Positions 22,969 through 35,040 of a stretch of DNA of 42,369 nucleotides are shown one piece after another. The notes beneath the pieces are model-generated. The model was not told where the DNA came from. It did no database searches and saw only the letters and a program-made list of their open reading frames with translations. Each line of letters starts with the position of its first letter. Within the stretch, counting starts at the first letter, position 1. The position numbers were made by a program, and so were the translations under genes. Source of the DNA: Lama guanicoe (Eukaryota); NCBI GenBank assembly GCA_013239625.1, contig MU053758.1, positions 3,473,854 to 3,516,222 on the forward strand, written 5' to 3'.

Positions 22969-23171
22969 ATCTTTACGTATTCAGTTTATTCATACATGTG
23001 AACAATTGCCTTTGTGGAGAATGTAGTCTGAGTGTCCCCTTCACAAGAACTCCCGCTAGTTAAGCTCTTCACTCTGGAAGTAGCCAGTATAGAAAATATT
23101 TTCATGGTTGAGCATGTGTGATGCTATGATATTGCTTTAACTTTTAGTTAAATTTTTTGTTTGAATATTTT

Positions 23172-23879
23172 AAATTATTTATTTTTTAATTTTTATACAA
23201 TTTTAAAGGTTATTTTTCATTTACAGTTATTACAAAATATTGACTGTATTCCTCATCTTGTACAATACATCCTTGAGCCTATCTTACACCCAGTAGTTTG
23301 TACCTCCCATTTCTCCATCCCTTTATTACCCCTCCCCCCCTCCACTGGTAACCACTAGTTTGTTGTCTGTATCTGTGAGTCTGCTTCTTTTATGTTATAT
23401 TCACTAGTTTGCTGTATTTTTTAGATTCCACATATAAGCAATATCATGCAGTGTTTATCTTTCTCTGACATATTTCATTTAGCATAATGTCCTCCAAGTC
23501 CATCCATGTTGCTGCAAATGGCAACATTTCATTCTTTTTATGGCTGAATAGTATTCCACTGTGTATATATACTGCATTTTCTTTATCCATTCATTTATTG
23601 ATGGACACTTAGATTGTTTCCATGTCTTGGCAATTGTAAATAATGCTGCTATGAACATTGGGGTGCATGTATCTTTTCAAATTAAAGTTTTGGGTTTTTT
23701 TGGATATATACCCAGGAGTGGATTGCTGGGTCATACGGTAGTTCTATTTTTAGTTTTTTGGGAAACTTCCATCTGTTTTCCACAGTGGCTGCACCAATTT
23801 ACATTTCCACCAGCAGCACACAAGTGTTCCCTTTTCTCCACATCCTTGCCAACATTTGTTATTTGTAACTTTATGATAG
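23172..23879 (-). mobile_element. 5'-truncated L1 (ORF2 end plus 3'UTR) with TSD
   Basis: Typical L1 3' region in reverse orientation; candidate TSD TTTTG(T/C)TTGAATATTTT at 23155-23171 and 23880-23896. Confidence 0.85.
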
Positions 23880-24848
23880 TTTTGCTTGAATATTTTTATA
23901 GATAGTTATAAAAATTATCTTGAAAAATAATTTCTGATACTAACTAAAGCTGTTGCAAGTCCACAAGTCAGGGGTTAAGAAGTTTTGACATTGCTTGCTC
24001 ACCATGTAGATTTCAATCTCCTATGTAGAATTCAATATCAGTGTGCCACAGAGTCAGCATGCACCTCAGCTGAGAACTACTCAAAACTACAAATTAATTT
24101 AAATTTAAGAAATCTTTAAAAAGGAAAATAAGTTTTGAAATTCCAGCCTCCCAGCTTCCCTGGGTCAGTATATGTTAGAGTGGTAAGTAAGGAGTTGTTT
24201 GAATTATGAGGAAAATCCTGAGAGACCACACTCAAAGACATACCACGCCATCCAAATGAGGCATATTTCCTTAAAAATAGAGTGAAATATTAACTCATCG
24301 AGTTGTGTTCACTAAACATGTATAACTTTTTCCATGTCAGTCATACCTCAGTGCAGTTGTTTTTAAAAAAATTCTTTGAAATATGCATTTCTACTCAACA
24401 GAACTCAGTGAGCATACAACCCACCTTGTGATTCTGATTTGGAAACCTTGTTTATCGAGTAAAAAGAATTACGTACATTAAATTCTTGACAGTTTTTTCT
24501 TCTTTCTTTGACACACGTTCCACACTCAGAAATTTGGTTTTACCTTTTTTTCCAAAATGAAACCAGTGGTATTAAAGGGTGTAATGTGTTTTAATTAAGA
24601 GCTAAAGAAATGAATTAACTCTGTCCTAATTAACTCTATCGGATATTAAGTCACATGCACGTGTACATACACATACATGCTACTTTTGTTCTAGGCTCTT
24701 AAATTATCTATGTTTGATATAGTATTTCTTGTGAAACTGATTTCAACATGCGTTATTCTCCCTGTATCTTCATGTAAAATATAATTGCCTAGGTACCAAG
24801 TAAAATAATCATGAAAACAATGCCAATGAATTCTTATGTGCAGAAAAG

Positions 24849-24854
24849 TTTATT
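24849..24854 (-). terminator. Polyadenylation signal AATAAA of KRTAP4 copy A
   Basis: TTTATT ~430 bp past the stop. Confidence 0.65.
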
Positions 24855-25280
24855 GGAAAGCAGAGAAGCAACAAAACATAAGAAATTCACTCTAGGAGAA
24901 AATACAGGGTATAACTGGACCCCGGTCTGAGGGTGTCAAGTGAGTGCCACTCAGGGGCTGCAGATAATGACCATTAATCTAGAGCCCCAAAGTGATCAGG
25001 AAGAAGGAGAACGTTAGAGGATTGGGATGATTTCTTACCTGGTGGATTGCAAATTAACTTCTATTTGGTGCGGATATTGAAAGGAAAGGATAGCAAGGGA
25101 GAGAGTTTAAAGTGAACCAGAATGTGCTCCTAGAGTCAGTGGGATAGTAATGGACTCATTGGAATCATGGGTCCAAGCCACTGAATGTGTTAGCCAGGCT
25201 CCATGTATCCTAAGGGTCAGCACAGTAGGAGGGTCTACATCTGTGAGAACAGAGCAAACAGAGACGGTGGTCACGGGGCA

Positions 25281-25985
25281 TCAGCAGCAAGAGGAGGCAC
25301 AGCACGTGGGGCGGGGGCAGGTGGAGATGACACAGGTGGGGCGATAGCAAGTGGTGTGGCAGGAGACCTGGCCACAGACTGGGCGCAGGCAACAGCAGGT
25401 GTGGCAGCAGCTGGAGCCACAGGAGCTGGAACCACAGCAGGAGGGGCGGCAGCAGGTGGGCTGGCAGCACAAGGACTGGCAGCACTGGGGTCTGCAGCAA
25501 CTGGACTCACAGCAGCTGCGGCGGCAGCAGGTGGGCTGGCAGCACACAGACTGGCAGCACTGGGGTCTGCAGCAGCTGGACTCACAGCATCTGGTGCGGC
25601 AGCAGATGGGCTGGCAGCTGGAGATACAGCAAGCAGGTTGACAGCAGGTGGGCTGGCAGCACAAGGACTGGCAGCACTGGGGGCGGCAGCAGCTGGACTC
25701 ACAGCACCTGGGGCGGCAGCAGGTGGTCCTGCAGCAGGTGGTCTGGCAGCAGCTGGGGCGGCAGCAGCTGGAGATACAGCAAGCAGGTTGACAGCAGGTG
25801 GGCTGGCAGCACAAGGACTGGCAGCACTGGGGGCGGCAGCAGCTGGACTCACAGCACCTGGGGCGGTAGCAGGTGGTCCTGCAGCAGGTGGTCTGGCAGC
25901 AGCTGGGGCGGCAGCAGGTCTCCTGGCAGAGGCCTTGGCTACAGCCCTCCTCAGAACAGACGAAGCCACAGCAGGAGCTGACCAT
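25281..25985 (-). CDS. KRTAP4: Keratin-associated protein 4 family (ultra-high-sulfur KAP4), copy A, 234 aa
   Basis: [37 protein letters not shown]-terminus, CCxPx/CCxSx pentapeptides and [35 protein letters not shown]-terminus are KAP4 signatures. Confidence 0.95.
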   Translation of the reverse strand: MVSSCCGFVCSEEGCSQGLCQETCCRPSCCQTTCCRTTCYRPRCCESSCCRPQCCQSLCCQPTCCQPACCISSCCRPSCCQTTCCRTTCCRPRCCESSCCRPQCCQSLCCQPTCCQPACCISSCQPICCRTRCCESSCCRPQCCQSVCCQPTCCRRSCCESSCCRPQCCQSLCCQPTCCRPSCCGSSSCGSSCCHTCCCLRPVCGQVSCHTTCYRPTCVISTCPRPTCCASSCC

Positions 25986-26068
25986 GGTGTCAGAGGGTGG
26001 AGGTTCTGGGTGGGTTTCCAGGAGAGTGAGGTTCTTGAGTCTAGGAGTCTTCTTGGCCCACAGCTCCC

Positions 26069-26074
26069 TTTATA
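26069..26074 (-). promoter_or_regulatory. TATA box (TATAAA) of KRTAP4 copy A
   Basis: About 85 bp upstream of ATG. Confidence 0.8.
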
Positions 26075-27209
26075 TCCTGCTGAAGAGCTGCTGTCAGTGC
26101 GTCATTATTTCCTCATCATTATTTACCCTACTGGAAAACGTATTTAATTACATGATTGTGTGTTTCTAGTTAAGTACTCCAAAATGGAGAAAATAACACA
26201 TTTCCTTTTCCTGGTGTGTTTCTGGGTTTCCAATGGAAAGACTTGTCACATTTCTTCCTTAGTGGGTGTCACCATTGTTCCTGGTGGGTGCAGTGTCTTC
26301 CAAAGCGCTTGTCACATGACTCTGATATTTTGTTTTTGAATGTGACATTCTCTCCAATTACTGCTCCCTAAGTAGCATGGAGAACAGTTCATTCAATGCT
26401 CATGTGTCTTGCTGTCAAAGTGGAGGGGAACGTGCTGGTCAGGTGAGATGCTGGAAAGGAATTAGAAAGAAAGACCCATTTGGGAGGAGGGTTCCCACCT
26501 GTCATGAGGATGACTATGATCCTGTGTGGGCATCTGGGATGGTCAGGGAGGTAGCTGGACCCCAAGGAAGTTTCAAACTCTGTTTACTTAGCGGTGCTGC
26601 TTTTAAATAGTAAAAACACACGTTTGCTGTATGTCTTCCAGGGTGAGCATTGAGTGGGAAGTTTTGATTTATCTTTTAGTTGTCAAACTTGTACAATGGA
26701 TATTTCATTTCATAAGCATTCATTATATATAAACAATATTTAGAATTATCAAACCTTCAATAATACGTATTCAAGATACTCGGTTGGGTACTAAGAAAAC
26801 ATAATAGATAAATCCTCATCTTTTTCCTGTGGATACTTGAGTAAGACATATGCATAGGAAACAGTTTGACAACAATCAAAAGAATGACAATTATTTTAAT
26901 TGAATAACTAAAATAAAAAATTATAGTATGTGGAGAAGTTCCATACACCTTCAGTAAAAGTGAGGAAATAATAACGTCTACCATCTGTGAAGTATTCACT
27001 AGATACCAGGCATTGTGTTGAATATCTTATATTTGTTTTTAATCTTTAATGCAACTTATAAAGTAGTGTGTATTCTTATCACCCTTTTAGTGGAATAGGC
27101 AAAAGAAACAAGAGAAGTTACAAGGGGGAAAAAAGCTTGTGCAAGATGAAATAGTAGGTACACTTGTCTTTGTCTTAGGACAGCTGAGGAAGGAGTGAAG
27201 AATAAAACT

Positions 27210-27537
27210 TGCAAGTCCTTGCTGAAGTTATTTCATCTCCCTGGAATGTTTCTTCTTTCTTGGCGTCTCTGCAAACTCCTGTTCCTCTGTCAGAAACCCA
27301 GCTTTTCCCTCAATGCTTCCTCCTCAGTGATAAACTACCCCCTTCATATATAATTCTCCCCTGCAATGTGCTCCTAATTAAGCACACTCTGTGGCACCAC
27401 AGTTATTTTCTTCTGCCATGCGCCCAGTTGCAATGCTGATCCCCTGAAGGTATGAGCTATGAAGTTTAATTTTGTGACCAGGGTGTTCAGCACAGGGCTG
27501 GGATAGAACACGTTAGTGATAAATGTTGAATGAATGA
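27210..27537 (+). mobile_element. L2 3' region remnant
   Basis: TCTCCCTGGAATGTTTCTT...CAGCACAGGGCTGGG...ATAAATGTTGAATGAATGAA (L2 tail). Confidence 0.65.
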
Positions 27538-27919
27538 AGGCTTTTTGATGACGTAATGGCATGGAATGGTCCTCCAAGACTACGTATCTTTTGACTGATG
27601 GAGAAAAGATGGTGAAACATTCCAAACAAAGGGATCATGGTTACATTTGGGGAAAACCACATTTGTTTATGTGGCATGCAACGTGTCACCTGATAAAACA
27701 TATTTGTGGAAGTTAAGATTTGATATACAGAATAAGACTTGTTTACAGGTAATCACAGATGCCTATAATAACACAGAAACAAGAGAGAAGGAGGTAAATA
27801 CCAAATGGTAGCACTAGTTCTGCTTCACCTGAAGTCTTCCCAGTTCTGCTCTTGTTGTGAGAAATAACCACCATTACTGGTTTACTATCAATCAGCTAAA
27901 AATATTTGCTGAATATCTA

Positions 27920-28140
27920 TTGTCTTTCCTTGAATTTCACTCAAAGTAGACCCTGAGACAAAGACGTGAGTGCAAGTAGTTTACTTAGAGGGTAATTCTG
28001 GGAAGCAGAAGTGAAGAAGTGGGAAAGTAGTGCAGGAGAGAAAGAAAAAACCCAAGAGTTCATGTTAATGATGGGGTTACCAACCTGGTGACTGGGGAAT
28101 GAATCTGGGGGCATGCCTGAGGCTGGAGGCAGTTAGCTGG
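27920..28140. mobile_element. Old ERVL LTR fragment (LTR16-like); a similar fragment lies at ~28795-28990
   Basis: AGACCCTGAGACAAAGACGTGAGTGCAAGTAGTTTACTTAGAGGG...GGAAGCA motif recalled from LTR16-type elements; not verified. Confidence 0.45.
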
Positions 28141-29563
28141 CATTTTCTATGCCTAAAAAACCCCATAGACTCAGCTGAATTCTAGTGTTAATAGTGAAGT
28201 TGGACATAAGGCAGACTTAGAAAATCGATAGATTTCGTATACACTTACCAATATTCCTCCATAAAATGTAATGGAAGAATGTTTTCACAATTCTCAATAA
28301 TAAACATGAAAAATACCAAAAAAAATCTGTCAAACAGTGTACTTGCCGTATATTGGGGGGACATATTAACATTTCCTGAAGGACAAAAAATAATATTTGA
28401 ATAAATCAGAACAAAAAATGTACAACTAAAGCCGGGTTTGTGAATAAATACGTAAATGTGATTTAAATGCATTTAATAGGGATGTATCTCCATTTGTAAC
28501 AATGGGTCTTGAATGGGATTGGCTAAGACTAGTGAAGGGAAACTCACTTTTGATCACATTCTTTTCTGTTATTTAAATTTTTAAAAAGCATGTTTGTGTA
28601 GAGTGATATAAAAATCCTTAGAAAAGAGTAAATATAATTTATATAAATTCAACAGTTTTCTCTTTAGACTCAGTTACATGTGTTTTCTGCTATCATGTTT
28701 ATAGTCTTATTTATCATGCAAGATTAAAACTACATTTCACTCAATTCTTCCAGCTCTCACATTAGGTATTGTGAATTCCAGATTGCTTTTAGAGACAGTT
28801 TGAGTTCCTTAGGAAGCAAGTACAAAGATGGAGATTAGCATACAGGAGGTTTTTTGAGGAGTACTTTTGGGATTAACACTTCTGGAAGTGAAGGGTAGGG
28901 AGCAGGATTGGACACTGGGAGAAATCAAGCTGGAATGGAGTTTCAGTGGAAGTCACAACATGGCACTGGAAAGGGGGCATGGCCTTGGCCAAAAAAATCA
29001 GTCTCTACCAATACCTAGGAACTTTTACCAGGTCTGCATCATTCATTCACATCACCTACCAGGCCCTGAGGTGGTTCCTCTATAAGGCAGAATAAACCTT
29101 CTACTGAAGCTCTGGCCATCAGAATAAAGCAGAACTACTGTGTATATGGAGAAAAGATTCATTGCATATGACTCTAAGTAGAAAATACATAGACTTTGCT
29201 AAACTATCTATTGACTGCTATGTAGGTCGGGAAAAAAAAACAACCCTGAAGTACAGTGTTTTAAAACGTTACGAATTGTGTTCAATATTTCTAACACTTT
29301 ACCGCTGTTATTATATTCATGAATGATCTGTGACTTCATTTTCTACCGTTTTCCCCTAAAGATTAGAAAATGGTTAGTTAATTTGCATACTTTCCAGACA
29401 AAACTCGGCAGTGATCAATGTCATTTGACCTCTATTAGAGGTTGATTAATCTATGCTACTTGACAGGTGAAGGCAAAATACAATGAGTTTAGACCCAAAT
29501 ATGAAAGGTTTTTAAAGAAGAGAGTAACAATCACATTACATTTTTAATGCCAGTAGAGAGAAG

Positions 29564-29569
29564 TTTATT
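29564..29569 (-). terminator. Polyadenylation signal AATAAA of KRTAP4 copy B
   Basis: TTTATT ~375 bp past the stop; context alignable with copy C. Confidence 0.7.
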
Positions 29570-29941
29570 TGGTACATGAACATAATCAGATATAGGAAAA
29601 TCTTTGCAAAAGAGTACACCGAAAGACGTCATTGGAATTCCATGTGGAGGGGTTAAAATCTGTGGCCCTGTAAGTGATGGAGACCAATTCCTTAATCATG
29701 AAGAATGGATGTCCTGAAGACAAAGGGAGGGATGTTGAGGGAATTTAATTTACGAGGAGATTATGAATGAATTCATTTAGAAGGGAGAGAGTATAGACAG
29801 AAGTTAGAATATGGGACCAGTAGGGGTTTGTTTATGAGAGTCAAGAGATCAATTATCTTGAGCACTCCACATTTTTAGAGAGGAGGGTCTGCATTTGTAG
29901 GGAGAAGAGAAAGGAGGAAGTAGTGTGTCCAAAGCAGAGAT

Positions 29942-30523
29942 TCAGAAGCAAGAGGAGGCACAGCACGTGGGGCGGGGGCAGGTGGAGATGACACAGGTGG
30001 GGCGAAAGCAAGTGGTGTGGCAGGAGACCTGGCCACAGACTGGGCGCAGGCAACAGCAGGTGCGGCAGCAGCTGGAGCCACAGGAGCTGGAACCACAGCA
30101 GGAGGGGCGGCAGCAGGTGGGCTGGCAGCACAAGGACTGGCAGCACTGGGGTCTGCAGCAACTGGACTCACAGCAGCTGCGGCGGCAGAAGGTGGGCTGG
30201 CAGCACACAGACTGGCAGCACTGGGGTCTGCAGCAGCTGGACTCACAGCATCTGGGGCGGCAACAGGTGGGCTGGCAGCTGGAGATGCAGCATCTGGGGC
30301 GGCAGCAGCTGGACTCACAGCATCTGGCGCGGCAGCAGATGGGCTGGCAGCTGGAGATGCAGCATCTGGGGCGGCAGCAGCTGGACTCACAGCACCTTGG
30401 GCGGTAGCAGGTGGTCCTGCAGCAGGTTGTTTGGCAGCAGCTGGGGCGGCAGCAGGTCTCCTGGCAGAGTCCTTGGCCACAGCCCTCCTCAAAACAGACA
30501 GAGCCACAGCAGGAGCTGACCAT
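29942..30523 (-). CDS. KRTAP4: Keratin-associated protein 4 family (KAP4), copy B, 193 aa
   Basis: True start is ACCATGG at 30523; the ORF track extends it to a non-ATG codon. Intact ORF ending CCASSCF*. Confidence 0.95.
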   Translation of the reverse strand: MVSSCCGSVCFEEGCGQGLCQETCCRPSCCQTTCCRTTCYRPRCCESSCCRPRCCISSCQPICCRARCCESSCCRPRCCISSCQPTCCRPRCCESSCCRPQCCQSVCCQPTFCRRSCCESSCCRPQCCQSLCCQPTCCRPSCCGSSSCGSSCCRTCCCLRPVCGQVSCHTTCFRPTCVISTCPRPTCCASSCF

Positions 30524-30609
30524 GGTGTCAATGGAAGGATTGGGGTTCCACGAGTGGGTTTCCACGGAAGTGCTTTCTTGAGTCTGAATGTCTCCTAACA
30601 CCTGTCCCC

Positions 30610-30616
30610 TTTTATA
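30610..30616 (-). promoter_or_regulatory. TATA box (TATAAAA) of KRTAP4 copy B
   Basis: 87-93 bp upstream of ATG. Confidence 0.85.
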
Positions 30617-30985
30617 CTGTGAAGTTAGCTGACGTTACCATAAGCAACTCCGTTTCCTTGTTGTTTTTCCTACTGGGCTTCCATTAATATTACTAAGTTG
30701 ATAATTGTCTTTATCATGCTAATTACACCAATATCTAAGAAAAGCATCATTTCCTTTTTCTAGTGTTATGATTCACTGAATCTTCTAAAACCACGTGAAA
30801 CTATTTTAAAGTTTCTTCCTCTCTAGTGTGTCTTCTAAGTTGGAAATGTCATGTGATATATGTCAAAGAAAATGCATACTACTGACAGGTGGAATGTTGA
30901 TAAGGAAGTAGGAGGAAAGACTCATCATTGGGTTCTGTGTACAATGTGGGGAGACTGTGATTTGGATTGAGGCTTGTTTTGTTGA

Positions 30986-31174
30986 NNNNNNNNNNNNNNN
31001 NNNNNNNNNNNNNNNNNNNNNNNNNNNNNNNNNNNNNNNNNNNNNNNNNNNNNNNNNNNNNNNNNNNNNNNNNNNNNNNNNNNNNNNNNNNNNNNNNNNN
31101 NNNNNNNNNNNNNNNNNNNNNNNNNNNNNNNNNNNNNNNNNNNNNNNNNNNNNNNNNNNNNNNNNNNNNNNNNN
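30986..31174. other. Assembly gap (189 N)
   Basis: Run of N. Confidence 1.
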
Positions 31175-31300
31175 AGCCAACATATGGATTTTGCACTATA
31201 TAGAAGTTTTTATTCCAAGCATCTCTTTCTGGTACTGTTTCAGTAATTTTAATTAATTCATATCCAAAACGAGCATTATGTACTTAAGTCCTCTCCTCTG

Positions 31301-32291
31301 NNNNNNNNNNNNNNNNNNNNNNNNNNNNNNNNNNNNNNNNNNNNNNNNNNNNNNNNNNNNNNNNNNNNNNNNNNNNNNNNNNNNNNNNNNNNNNNNNNNN
31401 NNNNNNNNNNNNNNNNNNNNNNNNNNNNNNNNNNNNNNNNNNNNNNNNNNNNNNNNNNNNNNNNNNNNNNNNNNNNNNNNNNNNNNNNNNNNNNNNNNNN
31501 NNNNNNNNNNNNNNNNNNNNNNNNNNNNNNNNNNNNNNNNNNNNNNNNNNNNNNNNNNNNNNNNNNNNNNNNNNNNNNNNNNNNNNNNNNNNNNNNNNNN
31601 NNNNNNNNNNNNNNNNNNNNNNNNNNNNNNNNNNNNNNNNNNNNNNNNNNNNNNNNNNNNNNNNNNNNNNNNNNNNNNNNNNNNNNNNNNNNNNNNNNNN
31701 NNNNNNNNNNNNNNNNNNNNNNNNNNNNNNNNNNNNNNNNNNNNNNNNNNNNNNNNNNNNNNNNNNNNNNNNNNNNNNNNNNNNNNNNNNNNNNNNNNNN
31801 NNNNNNNNNNNNNNNNNNNNNNNNNNNNNNNNNNNNNNNNNNNNNNNNNNNNNNNNNNNNNNNNNNNNNNNNNNNNNNNNNNNNNNNNNNNNNNNNNNNN
31901 NNNNNNNNNNNNNNNNNNNNNNNNNNNNNNNNNNNNNNNNNNNNNNNNNNNNNNNNNNNNNNNNNNNNNNNNNNNNNNNNNNNNNNNNNNNNNNNNNNNN
32001 NNNNNNNNNNNNNNNNNNNNNNNNNNNNNNNNNNNNNNNNNNNNNNNNNNNNNNNNNNNNNNNNNNNNNNNNNNNNNNNNNNNNNNNNNNNNNNNNNNNN
32101 NNNNNNNNNNNNNNNNNNNNNNNNNNNNNNNNNNNNNNNNNNNNNNNNNNNNNNNNNNNNNNNNNNNNNNNNNNNNNNNNNNNNNNNNNNNNNNNNNNNN
32201 NNNNNNNNNNNNNNNNNNNNNNNNNNNNNNNNNNNNNNNNNNNNNNNNNNNNNNNNNNNNNNNNNNNNNNNNNNNNNNNNNNNNNNNNNNN
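31301..32291. other. Assembly gap (991 N)
   Basis: Run of N. Confidence 1.
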
Positions 32292-34755
32292 CGACGTGTC
32301 GACAGTACTTACTCCACACCTTTCATTGTGCTGTTGTAAGTCCTTAGAGAATCCTTTCACTCACATCAACTCTGCAACGTATTTTTCGTTTAAGTTCCAG
32401 CTCAGAAGCCTCCTCCTTTCCTATGGTTTTCCCTGACATACTTCAAAAACAGACAAACAAACTTCATCTTCTCCTCCTTTCTGCCTGATATCAATCACAT
32501 CTGGAACACTCCGACCTTCACATCCGACTACAACCTGTCTCGTTCCAACTGTAAACCCCTGAGATGAACACTTGAACGCTGTCAGTTTTTCTTTTTATGT
32601 CTAGGAATCAACTTTTGAATTTAGATTTTGTTTTGTGGTTATGCAAAGTACTTATGGTTCCAAGAGAAGTTCTACAAAGTCAGATTCCTACTCAAGGAAG
32701 TCATGTTCCTATTCCTGTTCCTTTCATGCATTTCCTTGCTCCCTCATGCAGCCTTCTTCTTGTACTTTAGTGTTTTCCTCCTCATTGCTATTTTAAATAT
32801 AATTTTTTTGCATATTTGTGTCTATGTTTCTTAAATAGTTGTCTACCATACACACTTGGCTCCAACTTCCTTGTTCTCGCTCAACAAGTTATCCCAGAGA
32901 TTCCTTCACCATAGTGTGTTTGATATTCTTGATTCCATCCTCAGCCACAAAGTAGTCCATCTGTGGACAGAATGTAATTTCTTTAGCGTATTACATGTAT
33001 TAGTGTGGGCAATTGATCAATATGCTTGACTTGAGTTATCTAGTGTTTATTGTATACAATAGAGAGAGTGATATCTATAACATAATGTATAGTTATGGAT
33101 GTAATATCATGAATAGTGATATATACATATGGTGAATTATGTATTTTATATTATGTATATATTAAATATATACATCTCTATTTCTATGTCTTCATCTAAT
33201 CTTTTACTATTTGTTAAATTTTCTTTCTTTCTCACTCTCTTAATGTGTCTCCCTATTTAAGAAGGCTTGTATTTTGTACTAATTGTTACCATTGTATAAA
33301 TATGTTTGTATAATACCCTAGGAGCCCAACTGTTTGGCTACTCAGTTATTTCTCTACTTTCAAAAATACTAAAATTACCTAATTATTTCTTCATCCAGCA
33401 CTGCCTTAGAATCAAACTTGGAACTCTTAGTCAATCCCCATTGGCAACTGGCAAAATTTTTCTACCTTACATAATCTGTCTCTTTTCCCTCCATTTTTTG
33501 GTAATTTTACTATGTCTACATATAAATGGAATTGCCTTTATTTAAATTTAATTATGTAATTATTGGCAGCTAGTATATAAAATACAATTAGTTTATGTAC
33601 ACTGACCTTATGTCTTGTGCAACTTCACTTCTTAGTGTCAGGAATTTCTGGTAGTGGGGAAGCCCAACTATAGTTTAGTTCTCCCCCCAAGTAAATAACT
33701 GATGATGTATCTCCATTCTACTCCTTATCACTGAGCCTGCCCCTCTAGCTGCCTCTCCAAACTAGGCAGCTTTAGTGGGACACTGGGGTTAAAGGGTAAA
33801 ACTGTCATCATTAGTAAAACTGTCCTTTTGATTACTGTGTCCCCATTTGTATCACAGCTACCTGTCTCTGAACGGGGTTCCTAAAGCTAATCTTATTCAT
33901 ATAAAAAGCACAGAGAAAAATACTGTGCACAAGCCAGGGGGACAAATGTATAGAAAAATATTTAAGACATCAAAGGGTGATTTTTCTAGAGAAACGCCAT
34001 AGAGAATCAGCTCCGTTACTGCCCAGCGTCCTTGTGTGTTGTTTCCCCCAGTCACCCTTGTGCCTTTTGCAGTGTTTCCCACACAATAAATGCTCAAAAA
34101 ATACTTTTTAAATGCGTGAACGAAATGATTGGCATCTGGAAAGATCAATGAAAGCAGACTCAACTTTTCAGTGACAAGGCATTGGCTCACATTTCCCCAT
34201 AGAAACAATTGACAGGAGCACAGTTCTACTCACAGATGTGGTCAGGCTGTCTGCAGTTTGCTAACTTCCACCAAACCTTGCCTTATCAGGACCTGCTTCA
34301 CTCATCTAGGTCACCTGTGTGTCCTTTGAGTATATATGTTTTTGAAACTTTCCTATCAGAAGGGGCAGCAGTGGGCTCACTTGGTTTGCAAGTCTGAATA
34401 TAAACTTGCAGACTGTGATTAACAGCACATTGCCACCTATGGTAGCTGCCGTGATGCATGAACCATACACTGGGTTCTTTTTCCTTTTATGTACATGGAG
34501 TCCACCAAATTTCTACTTTTCCCTTTTTTGTTCTTCTCTTAGGTCACATAGGTAGTGTTGGATGGTCTGCCCATGGAATTGGGAGGCACCTAGGAAAGAA
34601 TCAGGCAGTGAATAATGAAATCTTGCATTGAGAAGTGACAAGACCATGTTGTGTGTCCTGCAGGTGTAGGTCACATACACTTGTCTAGGACCTGAAGACA
34701 AAATCTTAAAGGAATGCAAATCACACTGAATTTCTTTAATGCAGGGAAAGATGAC

Positions 34756-34761
34756 TTTATT
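34756..34761 (-). terminator. Polyadenylation signal AATAAA of KRTAP4 copy C
   Basis: TTTATT in a context homologous to the copy B signal. Confidence 0.65.
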
Positions 34762-35040
34762 TTAGCACAGAAATAGACTAGGTTACAGAAAAGTCCTATA
34801 AAAAGGAAGTTAGCAGGATGATTTACGATGGTCAGGTGGGAGGGTAAAATCTGTTACTATAGAAGTGCTCCCGGCCATACCCATCTTCTTCAGTAGCATG
34901 GCCGGCTTCCTCACTGGCATCACACGAAGCCCAATTCATATGGCAACATCAACCCCATTCCATGTGTCCTAAGAGTCAGCACAGTAGGTGGGTCTATATC
35001 TGTGGAGTCGGAGGGTAACAGAGACGATGGCCACAGGGCA

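Larger units (their letters stand above)
30524..34015 (+). repeat. Tandem segmental duplication: upstream flank of KRTAP4 copy B, homologous to 35825-38645
   Basis: Colinear similarity throughout; 32292-33069 appears identical to 36928-37705. Confidence 0.9.

Noticed and set aside
30524..30601. N-terminal extensions of KRTAP4 copies B and C (also 35825-35866) in the ORF track
   Set aside because: They start at non-ATG codons in the 5'UTR or promoter; the family start is ACCATGG (MVSSCC).
30863..32360. Long ORFs in the ORF track
   Set aside because: Artefacts of N runs.
32628..32834. Identical 68-aa hydrophobic ORF present twice (also 37264-37470)
   Set aside because: Non-ATG start in T-rich sequence; the identity only reflects the duplicated block.
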